A DNA stretch of 64,000 nucleotides from Dicyema japonicum (taxonomy: Eukaryota; Animalia; Dicyemida), in assembly GCA_011109175.1 (NCBI GenBank), contig RDEW01000020.1, positions 62,001 to 126,000 on the forward strand, read 5' to 3'. Position 1 is the first letter of the stretch. Each line of letters starts with the position of its first letter. Under the pieces are notes generated by a model. That model did not search any database. It was not told the origin of the DNA and worked only from the letters and a program-made list of their open reading frames with translations. The translations under genes were made by a program, and so were the position numbers. Positions 26,975 to 40,979 of the stretch are shown here, piece by piece.

Positions 26975-28530
26975 TCACATGAATGACTCAAAGTCATCAG
27001 AATCTCCATTCTCGTAGTTTTCGTAGTCACCCGACAGTGAGTCATCGTCAAAGTTTTCCAATGGAGTAGGATTAAAGTCGACTTTGTACCTCAAAATGGC
27101 TCCAATCCCCCCAAATCCCTTAACAAACTGTGATCCCTGCGGCGACTGGTCCCCCACTAGTTCAAGCGTTATCCCTATGAGTTCACAACCACCACCAAAC
27201 CTAATGAAACATAGTTTTCAGTCATCCACTCCAAATAACTCACACACTCAGTCACCGTCAACTCATCCTCAGTCTAACCACGTGAATAATCACTCAACCT
27301 CCGGATCGAAGTATCGCTCACACTTCCGCATTTCCTCTCTAGTCACGTGCTTGTATGAAACCTCCTCCGTCACAGGGTTTAGCAAAGTCATCATAACGAC
27401 GTCGAGGTTCTCCCAGACAATGAGAGTGTCAACAGCATTCATCTCAATGGCTTGGAGAGTGTCCACCAAGCCATATACATTCTTTCCAGTGTCGAGGTTG
27501 ATCTCGTTGAACAAACGATCTGCAAATACCCCCAAACACTTAACCAATGACCTTCTTCTCCTTATTGAATAGCACGTTGCTAAGACAATCCGACGACAGA
27601 GAAATTGCTTGAGTGAATCCGCTCTCGTCGCCGTAGGAAATATCCACCAACTTTAGGACAACCGCTTGCAGTCTCTGCGAAGATGACTTTGATGGCAAAC
27701 CATGTCAAACATGTCTGATTTGTGGAGCTCTGATTTGAAGTCAGCAGACCCTGCCAGAATCAATCCAGCCACGTTCGGTCTATCATTGGTTATGAACAGT
27801 TCTGTGCAGCATTCCGCTACTTTCCGTAAGTAATTGTGTCGTTTTTCCATCCTCAGTCGCTCGAATCTCCGCTGTGACTGTCCACCACGGCCTAATAGTC
27901 ATCAATTTATAAAACCGTGCTTCTTGGGAAGATCCACGTGGAATTTATGCAGTACCTCCTTGGTGTTCCCAGTTAAGGTCCCGAAAAGGACCCCATTTCC
28001 ATCCATTATCACGAACCCGAACTTCTGTTCGTTCTCCAGCAGACAAGCGAGCGCCTAAATTACAGAATTTCCTACTTCTGTGTGGAACTTGTTATCACAG
28101 AGGTAAAGTGAGCTATTTACTGGACGAAATGGCTCGAAGTCGATAGTTATCTTCTTTTCTTTGCCTTCGTCGGTGATCACGGTCCCGCAGTACAAGACGA
28201 GTCCATTTGGGGGTACTGATGATAGAGAACTCATGTTGTACCTCGAGAATAGAGCTTTAGCCGAGACTGTACAGATGTGATTGCACTCTGAACAGAAAGT
28301 CTGTTTACTCGGCTTTTTATGTTCGTTGCTGTCCCGTATTCGAGAGAAAGAAGTTTGGCTACTCTGGAGATTTGATCACGTGGAGGAACAATAAGTGAAA
28401 TCATGCTAGTACCATTTCTATACGTGAATGGCACTAATTACCCGCGGGCTGCCTCCAGATTTTTGATAAGTTTCTTAACCTTCCATACTTCAATGGTATT
28501 GCAAATGTCATTTTGTTCGCCGTTCAACAT
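26975..28530 (-). CDS. ETF1: Eukaryotic peptide chain release factor 1, 8 introns of 21-26 nt
   Basis: [48 protein letters not shown]; the spliced frame appears intact; ATG at 28530, TGA at 26975-26977. Confidence 0.98.
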
Positions 28531-28804
28531 AAGTAATGTCAGATAATGTGATTCGGAACTTTTTATTTAAATTTTAGTATAATAATTTTAAATATATTTT
28601 AAATATAATTTTAATTCAAATTTCATAACATCTCATTGAACTTTAATTTATTCATTTGCTCACTTAGGCCTCGAAAAAAAATTCGAATAACTAAATCTAA
28701 AAATCCACCTATCATCACTTGGCTGACAATTGTGAATATCTACATTTCCCCTCTGCCGTTTTGTCACTGCCGTTATCATCCTGATCTCACCCGAATGGAA
28801 AATA

Positions 28805-29824
28805 CAGTAAACCCTCATTAATCCGAAAACTTAAATAATCCGATTTTTTAATGATTCAGCAAAATTTTACGAAGATTCCATACAAACAGGCTTTAATAAA
28901 CCGAAACTTTATAAACCGCAATCCGAAAGAGATTTATTAAAAAATTCGGATTAATTTTCATTTAAATTTAAAATCTAACAGTACCACATGGTTAGAAAGA
29001 GAACCGAAATTTATATTGCACAGAAAGAAAGATCTGTGAAATAAAAAATACGTCAAAAATGACTCTCAGATTATCGCATGTCTGTAAAATAAAAATGAAC
29101 CTTTGTTTGGGAATTTATACACTTTCATAAATTCTTAAGAATCGTGAAAATGAGAAAACTGTGAAACTATGATTAACAATTTTACACAACCTGTGGTAAA
29201 CATCATCAACTTTATAATTCACTTGTTGAATGGATTTTAAGGGTCGATAAAATTAATGGTTTTATTACTAAAAGCTAAAGATGAAAAGATAAAGCCACTA
29301 ACGAAATTTTTTGAAAACATTAAAATTTTATTCCTTCCAAAAAACACAACTGGCCATCTTCAACCAATGGCAAGCATAATCAAGAACTTTAAGCATTATT
29401 ATAGAAAAGGGCTTATTTTGGATATATGGAAGCCCTTGATTTGGAAAAAGATTTTTTTGTGAATTTACGGAGGTCATCAATATTTTACCTCACGCATGGA
29501 ATGAAGAAAAGTAGACACAATAAAAATTGTTCATAAAGACAGGACAATCAAATGTCTCGATTCATTTGCTAATGAAGATATCATGCAAGATGCTGTTTTG
29601 AATGTGTACCTAAAGAACTGGAAGAACTTGCTAATGAAGAAGAAATAACTCATACAGAAACGCTCGACGAGAATGAAATCGTCATCCTCTTTTGTGAAGA
29701 TTATAATGTCGACGATGAAATTATTGATGCTGAAAATGCAGAGACCGATGTAGAATTTTCGCCATTACCTTCACAATCCGAAAGGCAACCAAATTTTTTT
29801 GTTCGGATTAATGAGGGTTTACTG
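28805..29824 (+). mobile_element. pogo/Tigger DNA transposon, internally deleted
   Basis: Perfect 23-bp TIRs CAGTAAACCCTCATTAATCCGAA, TA on both sides (28803-4, 29825-6); IKILFLPKNTTGHLQPM..IIKNFKHYYRK DDE_1 motif. Confidence 0.93.
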
Positions 29825-30379
29825 TATTCTAAACGCAAAGTGCCTCTTCCGATATCTTAACCAACAAAAGACCAAAGAGATCTTTAATATCCTACAACAT
29901 TGATGACAAAATTACCTTTAATAATCCAAGTAAACACAAGGACCCATCCAGACGTGTTGACTGGGCATTTCCCTCGTGGCTGCCATCTCTTGGGATTTCA
30001 TATGTGACTTACTCACCGACCATAACACAGTCATACAGCAAATTCCACGAAACTCGCGAGCAGTCTGGTCTGCCTTTACATTTTTTTCTTGAACATCGCT
30101 CCACTGGATCCTTTCAATCGAAGTTGTTGTCAGTTGCCGTAATGTAATAATACTACTCGCAAAATATTTATTCCGATGGGTCGACCCCACCGCTCTATAA
30201 CACATAACATGGACAAGAGGGAGAGGACTTCGACAAACAGTCAACTCGTGGGTGAAAAAATTTCATATCTAAATAAAGAAATCATCTTTAATAAGACAAA
30301 AAAGAACGACGGGGAGCCCTCTGAAAAAAGCAACGAGAACTCGCTTTCCACCACTGTATGGAAAACACACGAGATGCTC

Positions 30380-30830
30380 CAAAACCAATAAGCTTATAGT
30401 CATACAGCCTATTCCAAAGACCTAGACCATCGTACAAGACATAAGGAAAGGTCAAATGCACACAAATCAACTGAAGTACATTCCTTCATTAGAAATGCTG
30501 AGAACTCGTTCTTTCAAGGATCAGATGGTATCTCCATTTACGAACTGGCACTCCTAAGACCATCTGCGACGCAGGAATATAGAGAAGATTTTTGACTCAG
30601 TCCCCACAAAGAACCCGACAACAGTAATCTACTCAACTTCTATTCTTCCCATTCTCATGTCATGGCACACTTTATCATCACTCACAGAGGAAAACGATAT
30701 CGACTCAAATCGCGAAACCTCTCATACGGAGTCCCAGTAGGATCCTAACATTGTTCGACATATTCCTTAGCGACATTCATTATGTAGAAGAAATCTTCTC
30801 TTTATGTAGATAATCCTGGAACGTGGGAAG
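30380..30830 (+). mobile_element. Decayed non-LTR RT fragment
   Basis: FDSVP, GVPVGS and YVDN (YADD-like) motifs with stops. Confidence 0.5.
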
Positions 30831-32289
30831 AAACTAAGCATGGACACTAATCGCTCAACCACATCTTGCGGCTCTCGTGGCTAATAAATTAAATTTATTT
30901 TAAGAAACCTCAAGTGTTTCCTCGAATTTCTGCAGAATTCGATCAGAGTGTCCTCTAGGACCGATCGGGATTATTCCTCATGAGTAACACTTACACCAAA
31001 TGTGTTCCTTGGTTTTTTGCGGAAACAGAGGAAATTAACTACATCTAACTCTAGCTTAGTACCTTCGATGTCTAACCTTGTCTAATCCAACCTTTGTCTA
31101 CATGACTTCCACAACTTCCAGCTCAATTAACCGCTAAGCGATCATTTTTGTCATAAAAAAACTCACAAAATTCAGGAAAGAAAATTTTTGTAATATCCGA
31201 ACAAAGGCAATTCAAACCTCTTGATAAATTGATCACTTCAAAGAACTTGGGTCATTGAGGTCAGGAACTTTCGAAAGAACTGTCTCTCTTTTATGTGAGG
31301 TAACATTATGGAGAACTTCTTGAACGACTAGTTTCTTGAGAAAGGAATTTTGTGAGTTTGGTTTCATGTTTCTCTCGTGTTAAAAATCGGGTTAAATTAA
31401 CACAAATATCTTTTAGATAAGGCACAGCCTGAGAACAACGGTAAGGAGTCCTTGTTTATGGGACATTTTACTGTAACCTTGGAAATAGTTTTTCGTGGTG
31501 GAATCGTCGTCCCTGGCTCCCTCTGTTTTTATCAATGCATGGACTACTACGCAATTAATGGGTATCGTGAACTTGTAACCTAAATAGAAACTATTAGTTG
31601 TCCTGCTATAACGTTCCAGGGGATAAGTGGACATCGAGAGACAATCCTTTTTCGTACCCCAACCCATTTGACCAAATGAGCAAAATATATTGGAAATGAC
31701 TCCTCACTTGACCATTAATCTTGGATGATTTTATGGAAGTCGAAATACAACAGAAATGAGTTGATCTTTAAAAAAAATAATTTATGTTCTAAAGATGTTG
31801 TTATCTTCATGGAGGGGTCATTACAGAATGTTTATGTAAACCCCCAAGACCACCTAGGGGGAAGGCGTTAAAACTATCTAATTGGGAGATTGCAGCTTAT
31901 AATTAATTTCACAGTCACCTCAAGTGGTCCAGTATCGATCCCACTGTTTTCCGAGAGTGCCTTCGTGGATGGTTGCAGAGTAACTTGATATTGGTATCCT
32001 TCTTCAGGGCCAGTGGGGGGTTTCTAATTGGATTTCATGATTCTTTGCAGAAACGGGGAAAACTGTGGCCATTCTTCCTTGAAAATTCCTGTGAAAGAAA
32101 GTGACGAAAAAAGAAATCTCTGACAAAGGAAGAGGACACAAGGTTTTTGTCGGATTGAGTTAATGTTCTCGGTCTTTGATGAGAATATGGCAAACCTTGC
32201 ACAACAAGTGTATTCATACGTCAATAAGTTTTCACTGTCAAAGTGGACCTATCCTTTCCAAGTATCTTGTCCATCCTTATCAGTCATTG

Positions 32290-32530
32290 TGAGAACCCCT
32301 CCAGCGAGTAGGGGAGTGATGAATCTTTTTGGACGCTGGACAAGCACTGGGCGTCTCCTGAGACAGATGGATCACATGACACCTTTAAGGATTTGAAGAA
32401 GGCACCAAACAGAACGGAATCTCTCGACCAGGAGGGGCATTAAAATCGAACTCTAACGACAGAACTAACCACTTTGCTACTTAATCCAAGACATCTCCCA
32501 CTCAGAGACGTCTCCCACAGCTAATAATTT
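32290..32530 (+). mobile_element. Probable 3' terminal fragment of an I-like element
   Basis: NLFGRW...TFKDLKKAPNRTE resembles the terminal HLF-C..KDLW..P peptide of related copies. Confidence 0.35.
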
Positions 32531-32633
32531 ATTTTTTAATGAAATTAAAATCTATTTTTATCAGAGCAATTAGTTTACAATCATTTATGGAATATTAATT
32601 TATTTATTGCTATAAATAATTGTCAAATATAAA

Positions 32634-33400
32634 TTATTCGACTCTAAAAGTTCTCTTGTGAGAAGGTCTCCCACGATACCGAGGAGTCCCATCACACAAC
32701 AGAAAATGTTCCTTCCACTTGTCTTTTCTATAAAACCGTTTTTTGCATTTTTCGCACATGTGCTTGTAATTTTTACTGTGACTTTGGGAATGTCTGTAAA
32801 ATGCTCCATCAGTCACGACTTTACTGCAAATTGTGCACTTTATGTGCTTTTTTCCGTTAACATAAATTGGTTCCCCGCACATGCGAACATTTTTTGTCGA
32901 TCTCTTCCGAGGTTGAACTGTTTGGCTGATAATTTTCATCATTCGTTATCTCATTATGGTTATTTGAGGTATAAGCGACTGTATCCTGATAATTTACAAA
33001 GTTATTTTTCGCAGCACAGTTCAAACTCCCCCAGAAACTGAAAAGATGGGCATAGTAGTTATATTGGAGCATCATCATCTGGAAGGAATCTACGAATTAT
33101 TACGTTCACTACAAGTTCTGTAAACGTTCGTTTCGAAATCCCCCAGCAAATATGGCTTGTTGGTTATTTCAGATTTTTCATATTGAACGTCTGAAAACGT
33201 TAGCGAGGGTTCTTTAAAAGTAGTAAAATTTTTTTGAGCCTCAGTTGGAAAAGACTGTGTGTTTTGAATTCTTAAAAAATCTGGTATGCCGGGAGTGTTA
33301 TTTTCCTGTTGCCTTCTGTGATGAATCCACCTCAAGAAGTTGTTCACGTACCACGGACTGATCCCCCAATTATTCATAGACTCAAATATTCAAGATTTGC
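32634..33400 (-). CDS. C2H2 zinc-finger protein (two C-terminal fingers + AT-hook-like RGRP); 5' exons may extend to about 34100
   Basis: CTICSKVVTDGAFYRHSQSH, CEKCKKRFYRKDKWKEHFLLC, PRYRGRPS; upstream ORFs 32857 and 33090 look coding; an apparent frameshift sits in an A-run. Confidence 0.65.
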
Positions 33401-34899
33401 GTGTGCCAAATTATAACAATTAATTAAACGCAAAAAATAATAATCAATGTGTCAATATTATCTCGCTTTGCCTCAGCTTGTTGATTATACCCTCCCACGT
33501 GGGCTTGCAAATCAAAAGTAGAGCAGTCCATCTGACTTACGACCTGTTTTAGATCTGCAAAAGTTGAGCGCTGAATCAATATTTTCCAAAATAGGTCCAT
33601 TACATTCCAATTTGACATTGTCACGAAATATTGACCTAACATCACTTTTTGAATCGTACTTATAGCCTAGTGACCATCAGTAACCAATGCATAAAATTAA
33701 GGGATGTTACATGTTTAATCGGCGTGAAATGTGGTAAATCACAATCTCATTATCTTCAAATCATTGGGTCTCGAGTTTGTCGATATCTATTAAATCTAGT
33801 GTATATTAAGAGAAATAAGAGCTTATTTTCAAACCTCTTGAGATAATGGTGATGACACATTATTCACAGTTAATTAAATCACAATTATTCTCACGCTAAG
33901 CAAGGATCACATCCCATTCAATTGTAACCCCAAAAAGTCTAGCAAAATCCAATAGACTTTGTCGAAACTTCAGCCGAGGTTGATGTTCTGAGTAATTAAG
34001 GAAATGTCCTCAAACACTACTTTGGGTGTCTGTGTGCGTCTGTTTGTCCCCATATAATCTCTAGAAACTGATGGGGTTAAAAGATGAAGTTGGTGAATTT
34101 AAGAGTGGGGGAAGGTGATTAGGATAAAATTTAATTTAGCCGATTTGGATTTCCAGCTGTTGTCTGCTGTAATTACCATTTTAATAAGGCAATTATCGAA
34201 AAGTCCGAATAAAGGGACAAACAAAAGAAAATACAGCGACAGTTTTTGTGCGAACAATTTCTATACTTTTATCACGCGAATTCATGGAAATTGATTTTTT
34301 TCAGTTTTTTAATGACAATTATTTCATTAAATTAATAAATTAGGGCCCACTATACCACAGCAGGCATTTTTGTCAACAGACTCAGACATCGAGGCAAGGA
34401 GCATTTCTTGGAGTCACAAGTAAACGGTTTGCTATACACGATACAGTGTATGGGGGTAGATCCTGAAAGCTGGAGTTCATATAACTTGGTCTGGAGTTGT
34501 AGATCATCTTATTTTCGAAAATCTCCTCCTTTCGTGACTCCACTATAGACTAACGAACTGCAGACATCACCAGAAAGCTGGTTCACTGTGAACATCTTGC
34601 TGTATAATATCAAACTTCAGGTGTCTCAAGATAGACAGTTTACTGTAAAGTATGAGGAGAGCCTTAAGTGTAGACTGGCAAACTGCAGACATCATTGAAA
34701 AACAGGTTCGCTGTAGGCTACAGTACGAACTTGACGAGGAAAATAATTTTACTGCAGCGAGGACAAAAATTCCTACCACGAATAATTAAGTAGAATGAAG
34801 GGTCTTAAAATCGTAAATCCAACATTATTTAGTAAGACAGTCAATTTTAACAAAAAGCAATTTATTACGTAACAAGACAATCAAAATCATCCAGCTGAA

Positions 34900-35450
34900 A
34901 GAGTTGAGTAACTGTTTCCCCTGACAACTGCCAGAAAATTTGGAACAGCCACTCCATCTCTTGACGCTCATTGGTCACTTTCGATATCATTGACCAAGAC
35001 GATCTTAGTAAAGAGACCGTCCTGGGTCTGAAGACTCTACTCGTCTTGACAACAACGGGCTGCGCATGGAATCTGGTGGAGAGGCTGTCGTATTTTTTTA
35101 TTTTATGGTTCTCGAATGCTCGTGTTTCCTTTCAAGCTTTAAACGTGGAATCTGGATATTTGACTGGGGAAAGGTGTCTGTGCATGCCTCATCCCAAATC
35201 AGGCATTTTAAAAAATCAAGGGCAATACAGTTTTAAAAAAAGACATATTTATTTATAACAATAAAATCGTTCTAAAGTCCAGCGGATATGATCGAGTGGC
35301 TGTTACCTCTGACTACTGCCAGGGATATCCTTTGGAAAAGCCACTCGGTTTCCCGACGCTCCCTCGAGGCTTTGGTCAATAGACACCCAAGTGCTCTAAG
35401 GAAAGAGACCGTCTTGGGGCCAAAGACTCCGCTCGTCAGTTTTTATTAAT
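34900..35450 (-). mobile_element. Two adjacent CRE-like RLE 3' fragments
   Basis: Nucleotide similarity to 170-450; TSGVFGPKTVSFLRALG...TEWLFQRISLAVVRGNS. Confidence 0.75.
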
Positions 35451-36149
35451 TAATTGATTTCTTAATTATTTAGCGCTAACCTCAACAACAAGCAAACCAT
35501 AAGGTAGCTTGAAGTTGGGTCTGTTCGCTACAACAATTGTAGGCAGTTCCACCACGAGAAAGTGACTCTCATAAAACTCTGAGCTCATTTTCCCTTGTTC
35601 ATCTTCGGCTTCTCTGCCCCATCGGATCAAATTGACTGACCTCTGGGGACGCCCATTTTTTGCTATCATCGAACTTTTAGCCATCAGTTTTCTTCACTTG
35701 AAAGTAATGGGGGTAAATAAATAAAACGCTGAAATTTTTGACCTTTGACCAAACAATCCACTTAGTCATGAAATTCATCAAAAAAAGAACTGTCGACTGC
35801 AAAAGGATAATAATGAAAGAAATCATCTCAAAAGCCTACAAAGACAAACACAAGAAGTCATGGAGAGGAATTGGACAAAGAAATTTAAAAAAAATGTCAC
35901 AAAAACGCGACTGGCAGTCCTCACATCAGCCCTAAACAATCAAATCACCTTCAAATTTAAAAGACTCGAGGAAGACATCGAATATGAAGGTACTCCTAAT
36001 ACACTCAACAAAATCATGAAACAAAATGGAGGTTTAAGTCATATTTCCCATAGAAAATTAGAAGACCATATTTCTTCACAAAAACAAAATTGTTCCCATA
36101 CCATCGTAACTAGCACTTTAACGGGGTAGAGATTAAAATCAAAAGTCAG

Positions 36150-36600
36150 CTTATTCTTTCGGGTCGGGCGGAATACTCATGATTACTCTTTAAAAAATTG
36201 GGTCCACTCGTTCTCATTTCTCTAACAAATTTGGGTCCCTTCGCTTGTCCGTTAATTATAACTCTATCCAGAGCATCTGAAAGTAATTCGATATACAGAA
36301 TTCTTGAAGCTTGGGCAACTAAAGGATTCCTCCGTTTGCAGATCCATAGCCTTTCGACGAAAATCTTAGAGCAACTAATTCTCGATATGATCAACCCATA
36401 TCTCCTCGTATCCCCCTTCAAAATGGATTCCAGAAGGGTCATTCACGAAAACCTACCCCGTAAACTAACAAGATTTGCTTCGAAGACCCTCCAATCCAAT
36501 CAAAAGACCTTAGTATGTTCTAGTGACATACAATTGGCTTTTGACTGAACTACAAGAAACTATTTCAAGGAAAATCTTTGGCTCAGATATCCAAAAAAAT
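36150..36600 (+). mobile_element. I/Jockey-like RT N-terminal fragment
   Basis: KILEQLILDMINPYL..SPF(Q)NGF..DIQLAFD. Confidence 0.55.
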
Positions 36601-37149
36601 TGAAAAGGTGAATTGGAAACTTTCTTAAAGGATGAATGGAAGGATGGTGTCGAAAAAATTTTAGTCTGTTTACAACTTCAGAAAAAAACTCTTTTAATTT
36701 TTAAAAATAGTGTTAAAATATTTTGAAGATTAATTCAGCGTTAGGTACCACGTGGGTGGGTCCCAAGATAGAAGAGATCGAAATTTTGATTTCTATATTA
36801 ACGTTAAAATGAGATTTTTGAGATCAATTTGGCAATAAGAACCACGTGGGCAGATCCCAAGATTGATGAGGTCGAACGAAGTAAGAACTCGTCGCCTGAG
36901 TTTGATCCATTATGATTTCTTTTTGTATATCAGAGAGTGAATTTATATCCAACCTCAGAGTATCGCAAACTGTGTATTTTTGCCTTAAAATTGTTCGGTT
37001 TGACGAATTGTGGCACTTTTGTTGTGATTTATGTTAATGCAACGTAGCGTCATGTGGTCCACCTTTTATGGTGGCGCCGAGTGCTTCTATGCACAAAAAA
37101 GGACCTACATTTCTCCCCCCCCCATCTGGAGTCATCTTCAGACGACAAC

Positions 37150-39130
37150 CCTGCTGCCTCAGCCTCTTCTGGACAAAAGACCTAACCTTACTACTTGCCG
37201 GCGTCGTGGAGCAAAACCCAAAACCGCAACTAACGATTCTACAGCTTAACATCAATGGAATAATCATCATCGGATTCAAAAAAAGCCTTTCCTCTCATGA
37301 AGAAAACTACGCCATTCATCAACTATAAGAACGCAAGATGTTCCTTCAGGCGGTACAGCGATAAACTAGATCGAGAAACTAGTGCCCTCATCAAAGAAAG
37401 GAATCAGCTTAAAAGTAATCTTCCATCTTTCCCCGGGAGGAGAAGCCAAATCAAGAGCCTCAACGACGCAGTCGCACAGAGGTTGAAATCATCTCAAAGG
37501 AATGAATGGGAAAGCAGAATCAGAGGTCTTTGCAATCATAAATCTACCCATACATGTGGAAGACCATTAAAAAGCTCGGACCATATACGAAAACCTAATA
37601 ACACGGGCCAGCCAAATGTCCAAGAACTAAACAACCTTATGAAGTTTTATGTCGGAATCAGCCACGAGAAATTCCTGAAAACCAGCCCTTCCTTTACGAC
37701 CACGAAGCCAAAAAATTTCTTCATTATATTGCTTATCACATTCCGATATTTGGATTGAAATCAAAAATACAAAATCTTCCTCTCCTGCGGTCCTGATTTG
37801 ATTCCGGCTATTCTGCTCAAACATCTTGGCCCAATTGGAATAGAAGCGCTCCGGAACATCTTTAACTTTTCAATAAACCATAACCAAATTCCAGACATTT
37901 GGAAACAGTCCAACATACGCCCAATTCTCAAGCCGGGAAGGCCGAAAAGCGACCCCTCTTTTGGTACAGATTATGCTCATCATCGAAGCTCCTGGAAAAA
38001 CTCGTTCTACGCATCATTTACCATGTCCTTCCCCTTGCACATCTCCAACATGGTTTCAGGAGAGACCGATCTACATCAACACACCTCACCTCATTGAACC
38101 AGTTCATTATTGAAGGCTTTTCTGCAAAACCACATCTAAAATCTGTTTTATGCTCTCTCGACCTACAAAAGGCCTTCGATTCTGTATCCAGAAAAATCCT
38201 TACTCAAAAAATATTTAGACTATCCATCAACTAGAACATAAAATTATGGTTTTCAAATTTCCTCAACGGAAGAAGAGGGCGTGTATGCTTGGTTGGAATT
38301 CGATCAGTCTCAAGATTACTTTTAAATGGAGTTCCCCAAGGCTCCCCTGTCTCCTGCCCTATTCAACTTATAACTTTCCGACATTTCCAACCCAGTTATA
38401 GAAGACTCGATAATTCTCACCTATGCTGATGACCTACTAATTATTTCACGTGATAAGACCTCACGAATGCTTCAAAAAAGTACAAGAACTCTTGAAACTT
38501 GGCTACACCAAAACCGGATGAACATATCTTCCGAAAAATCCTCCACCACTCTATTTACCTCGGATAAAAGGCTCGGAGGATGTACCGTGGATCTATTCCT
38601 GGACAACGAAAAAATCCCTTTTACGAAGAACCCTAAAATTCTGGGGGTCACTTTTGATACCCACATGTGTTTTTCTGCCCATATTGAGAAGACCATTGGA
38701 ACTTGTCAGAGGAAAATTGGTTTAATCAAAACCATATTTGGTGGAATAAAAAAGCCATTCCCTGCTCTCGGTATTCTCTATAAGCAATTCATCGAGCCGA
38801 CAATCAGTTATGCCTTATCTCTCGTAGACCAACCGTCTTAAAGTTGATAACACCCTATGCGAGCTGCGACTACCATAATGCACATCGCAAAGCTGTGTCT
38901 ACCCAGTCCATTTACCACCTTATCAAGCAAAACGGCAAGAGTTTCTTAACCTTAACCCTACAGCAAGACCTGTCGTCGACAGACGTCCTGTGTCAAGCAG
39001 TTTCCAGAAGCACGCCCATCTCTTCAAAGAATTCTTCCATTTTGAGAACACATTCTCATTGGATTGAGGAATGTTCTATGATCTCCGCCACGCTTGCCAC
39101 ATTTGGTCTTTCCATTCTTTAGATAGGAAG
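37150..39130 (+). mobile_element. I/Jockey-like LINE, internally deleted and frameshifted (APE N-terminus + RT)
   Basis: LLLAGVVEQNP..LTILQLNING; IPDIWKQSNIRPILKPG; QHGFRRDRST; LDLQKAFDSV; GVPQGS; YADD; ILGVTFD. Confidence 0.9.
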
Positions 39131-39767
39131 AAACAATTGCACATACAGTTATACGAGGAAGACCCATAACTCGGGAGATCTCAGTATTGCCAAAATTATT
39201 CTTAGTGTAGTTAATAACGAGCTCTCTGACTTCATTTGAAATTTTACGCCTTTCCTGGCGATTGTTTCTTTCATTTTCCTGGTTGTTCTATCACTCGAAG
39301 GGACTAGGGGTAAATAAAAAATAAATAAATTTCTGGTCTTATTTAAAATGTCCAAAAAATCATTAATGGTTCAAGAAAATGTGACCTGAAACCAAATAGA
39401 ATGATCACTATAAATACAAAATGAGTACAATGTTAATGAACAAAGTTATCCCAAACGGAATCAAAGATATTTTATCCCCGTACCTACAAATGGAGAAAAC
39501 TGGTTTGTAACGGAAACATAAAAGCAACAAGTGAACGCTCCCAGAGATCAGTCAGATGGATCAGGGAGGACAAGAGTGGTCATATATGAGAAGGTAAAGA
39601 GAAGCATTTATTTTTATTTATTTAAATCGTAAAATAATTAATATTTATTATAATCAAACAACAACAACTATGGTAGTATTGTTATTGTTGTTAGTAATTT
39701 AATGCTGTTAAAATTTAAATTCTGCGTATTTATCGATCTTGCACTCGAGTGTAGGCACTACAATAAC

Positions 39768-40671
39768 TTACTGAAAGAAACATTTCTTTTCGCACAAAAA
39801 TGGAAGGTACTCATTGCATGACACCATATCCCATTGTTGATTTTCGCTAAAAACTGCACATTTTTTCGAACTATCAAATTTGTAGTCGCTGTGATAATTT
39901 TTATATTTCTATTAAATTTAAAATTTACTTGAAGTTCATTATTTGAATTGTACAATGATTTCCCTGAATTAATCAAATTTCTGGCGCCAATATAAAAATT
40001 TTTAACTCCCTGAAAACGATCACCTATAAATTTATTTTCCTTTTCTGAGTTGATTGTAACCAATCCTCCACCATACTTTACACAAAAATCTTCAGCATCG
40101 GAGTAATCAATTCTCCGGTTTTTGAAAAATTTGTAGCACTTTTTAGATTCCTTTGAGCAGTTTCATTCCCTTTAAGATGAAATAAACATAAAACTTGGTG
40201 TTTCACATAAAAATGCCATTTTTGTGGAGCAATCATTGTCGTTCCACTCTCCACCAGTATGATAAAAGTGAACACAATGCTCATTCCACCATTGCGACTA
40301 GGTTCATCACTCCCCCAGTAGAAATATTTCTAAATTATATTAAATATTGTACTTGCTCCTGATTGTGGCTGTTTACATAATGTCCTGATTTTATTCTGTC
40401 GTTTACTCCAATATAAATGTATTTCTTGTATGGACGATAGAAATAGTCTCATAAAATAAAAAAAAAATCACCAATTAAAAATTTATTTAATGCTCCATTA
40501 TTGATGACAGCCAATGTACCCCCAATGTCCTTACAATAGTTCTCAGCATCTAAATAATCCAGTTTTTCTTTAACAAGAGTATAGCACTTATCATTATAAC
40601 AAATTTCATCCCTGAAATATTTTATTTAATTTACTTGAATTTATCAAATTTACCAATAATATTAGAAACAT
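39768..40671 (-). CDS. Secreted protein with two C-type lectin domains
   Basis: Signal-like MFLILLVNLINS; CYTLVKEKLDYLDAENYC..GGTLA; HCVHFYHTGGEWNDNDCSTKMAFLCE; CYKFF..AEDFC..GGLVTI; WDMVSCNEYLPFLCEK; 20-25-nt introns; two apparent 1-nt frameshifts. Largely missed by the ORF track. Confidence 0.85.
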
Positions 40672-40979
40672 TTTATTTTATTATTTTTTTTGATTTTTAT
40701 AATGTTTTTGTAACCAGCTTGTTTGTTTTATAGATTATTCAAACATATGCCAAATTATTATGTTGTGTTGCAATTACCCTAAGTACGACCTTGCTCAAAT
40801 TAGAGGTTTCCCCAAAACAGAGGTTTTCCATATAGTTCGATAGATAGACAAAATGAACATTTTTTAAAGTAATCAGTTATTTTCTTTATATATTTATATA
40901 TATTTTAATTCTTACCATCACTTTCTTTCTGAATTACAAAAATCATGAAGATAGTCATGAATCAAATTAAAAATGTTTG

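Noticed and set aside
30840-32250. Possible multi-exon gene on the minus strand with faint CP2/grainyhead or p53-like resemblance (CISTSIKSS, EKGLSL)
   Set aside because: I could not build a consistent spliced frame, and the motif matches are too weak to name a family.
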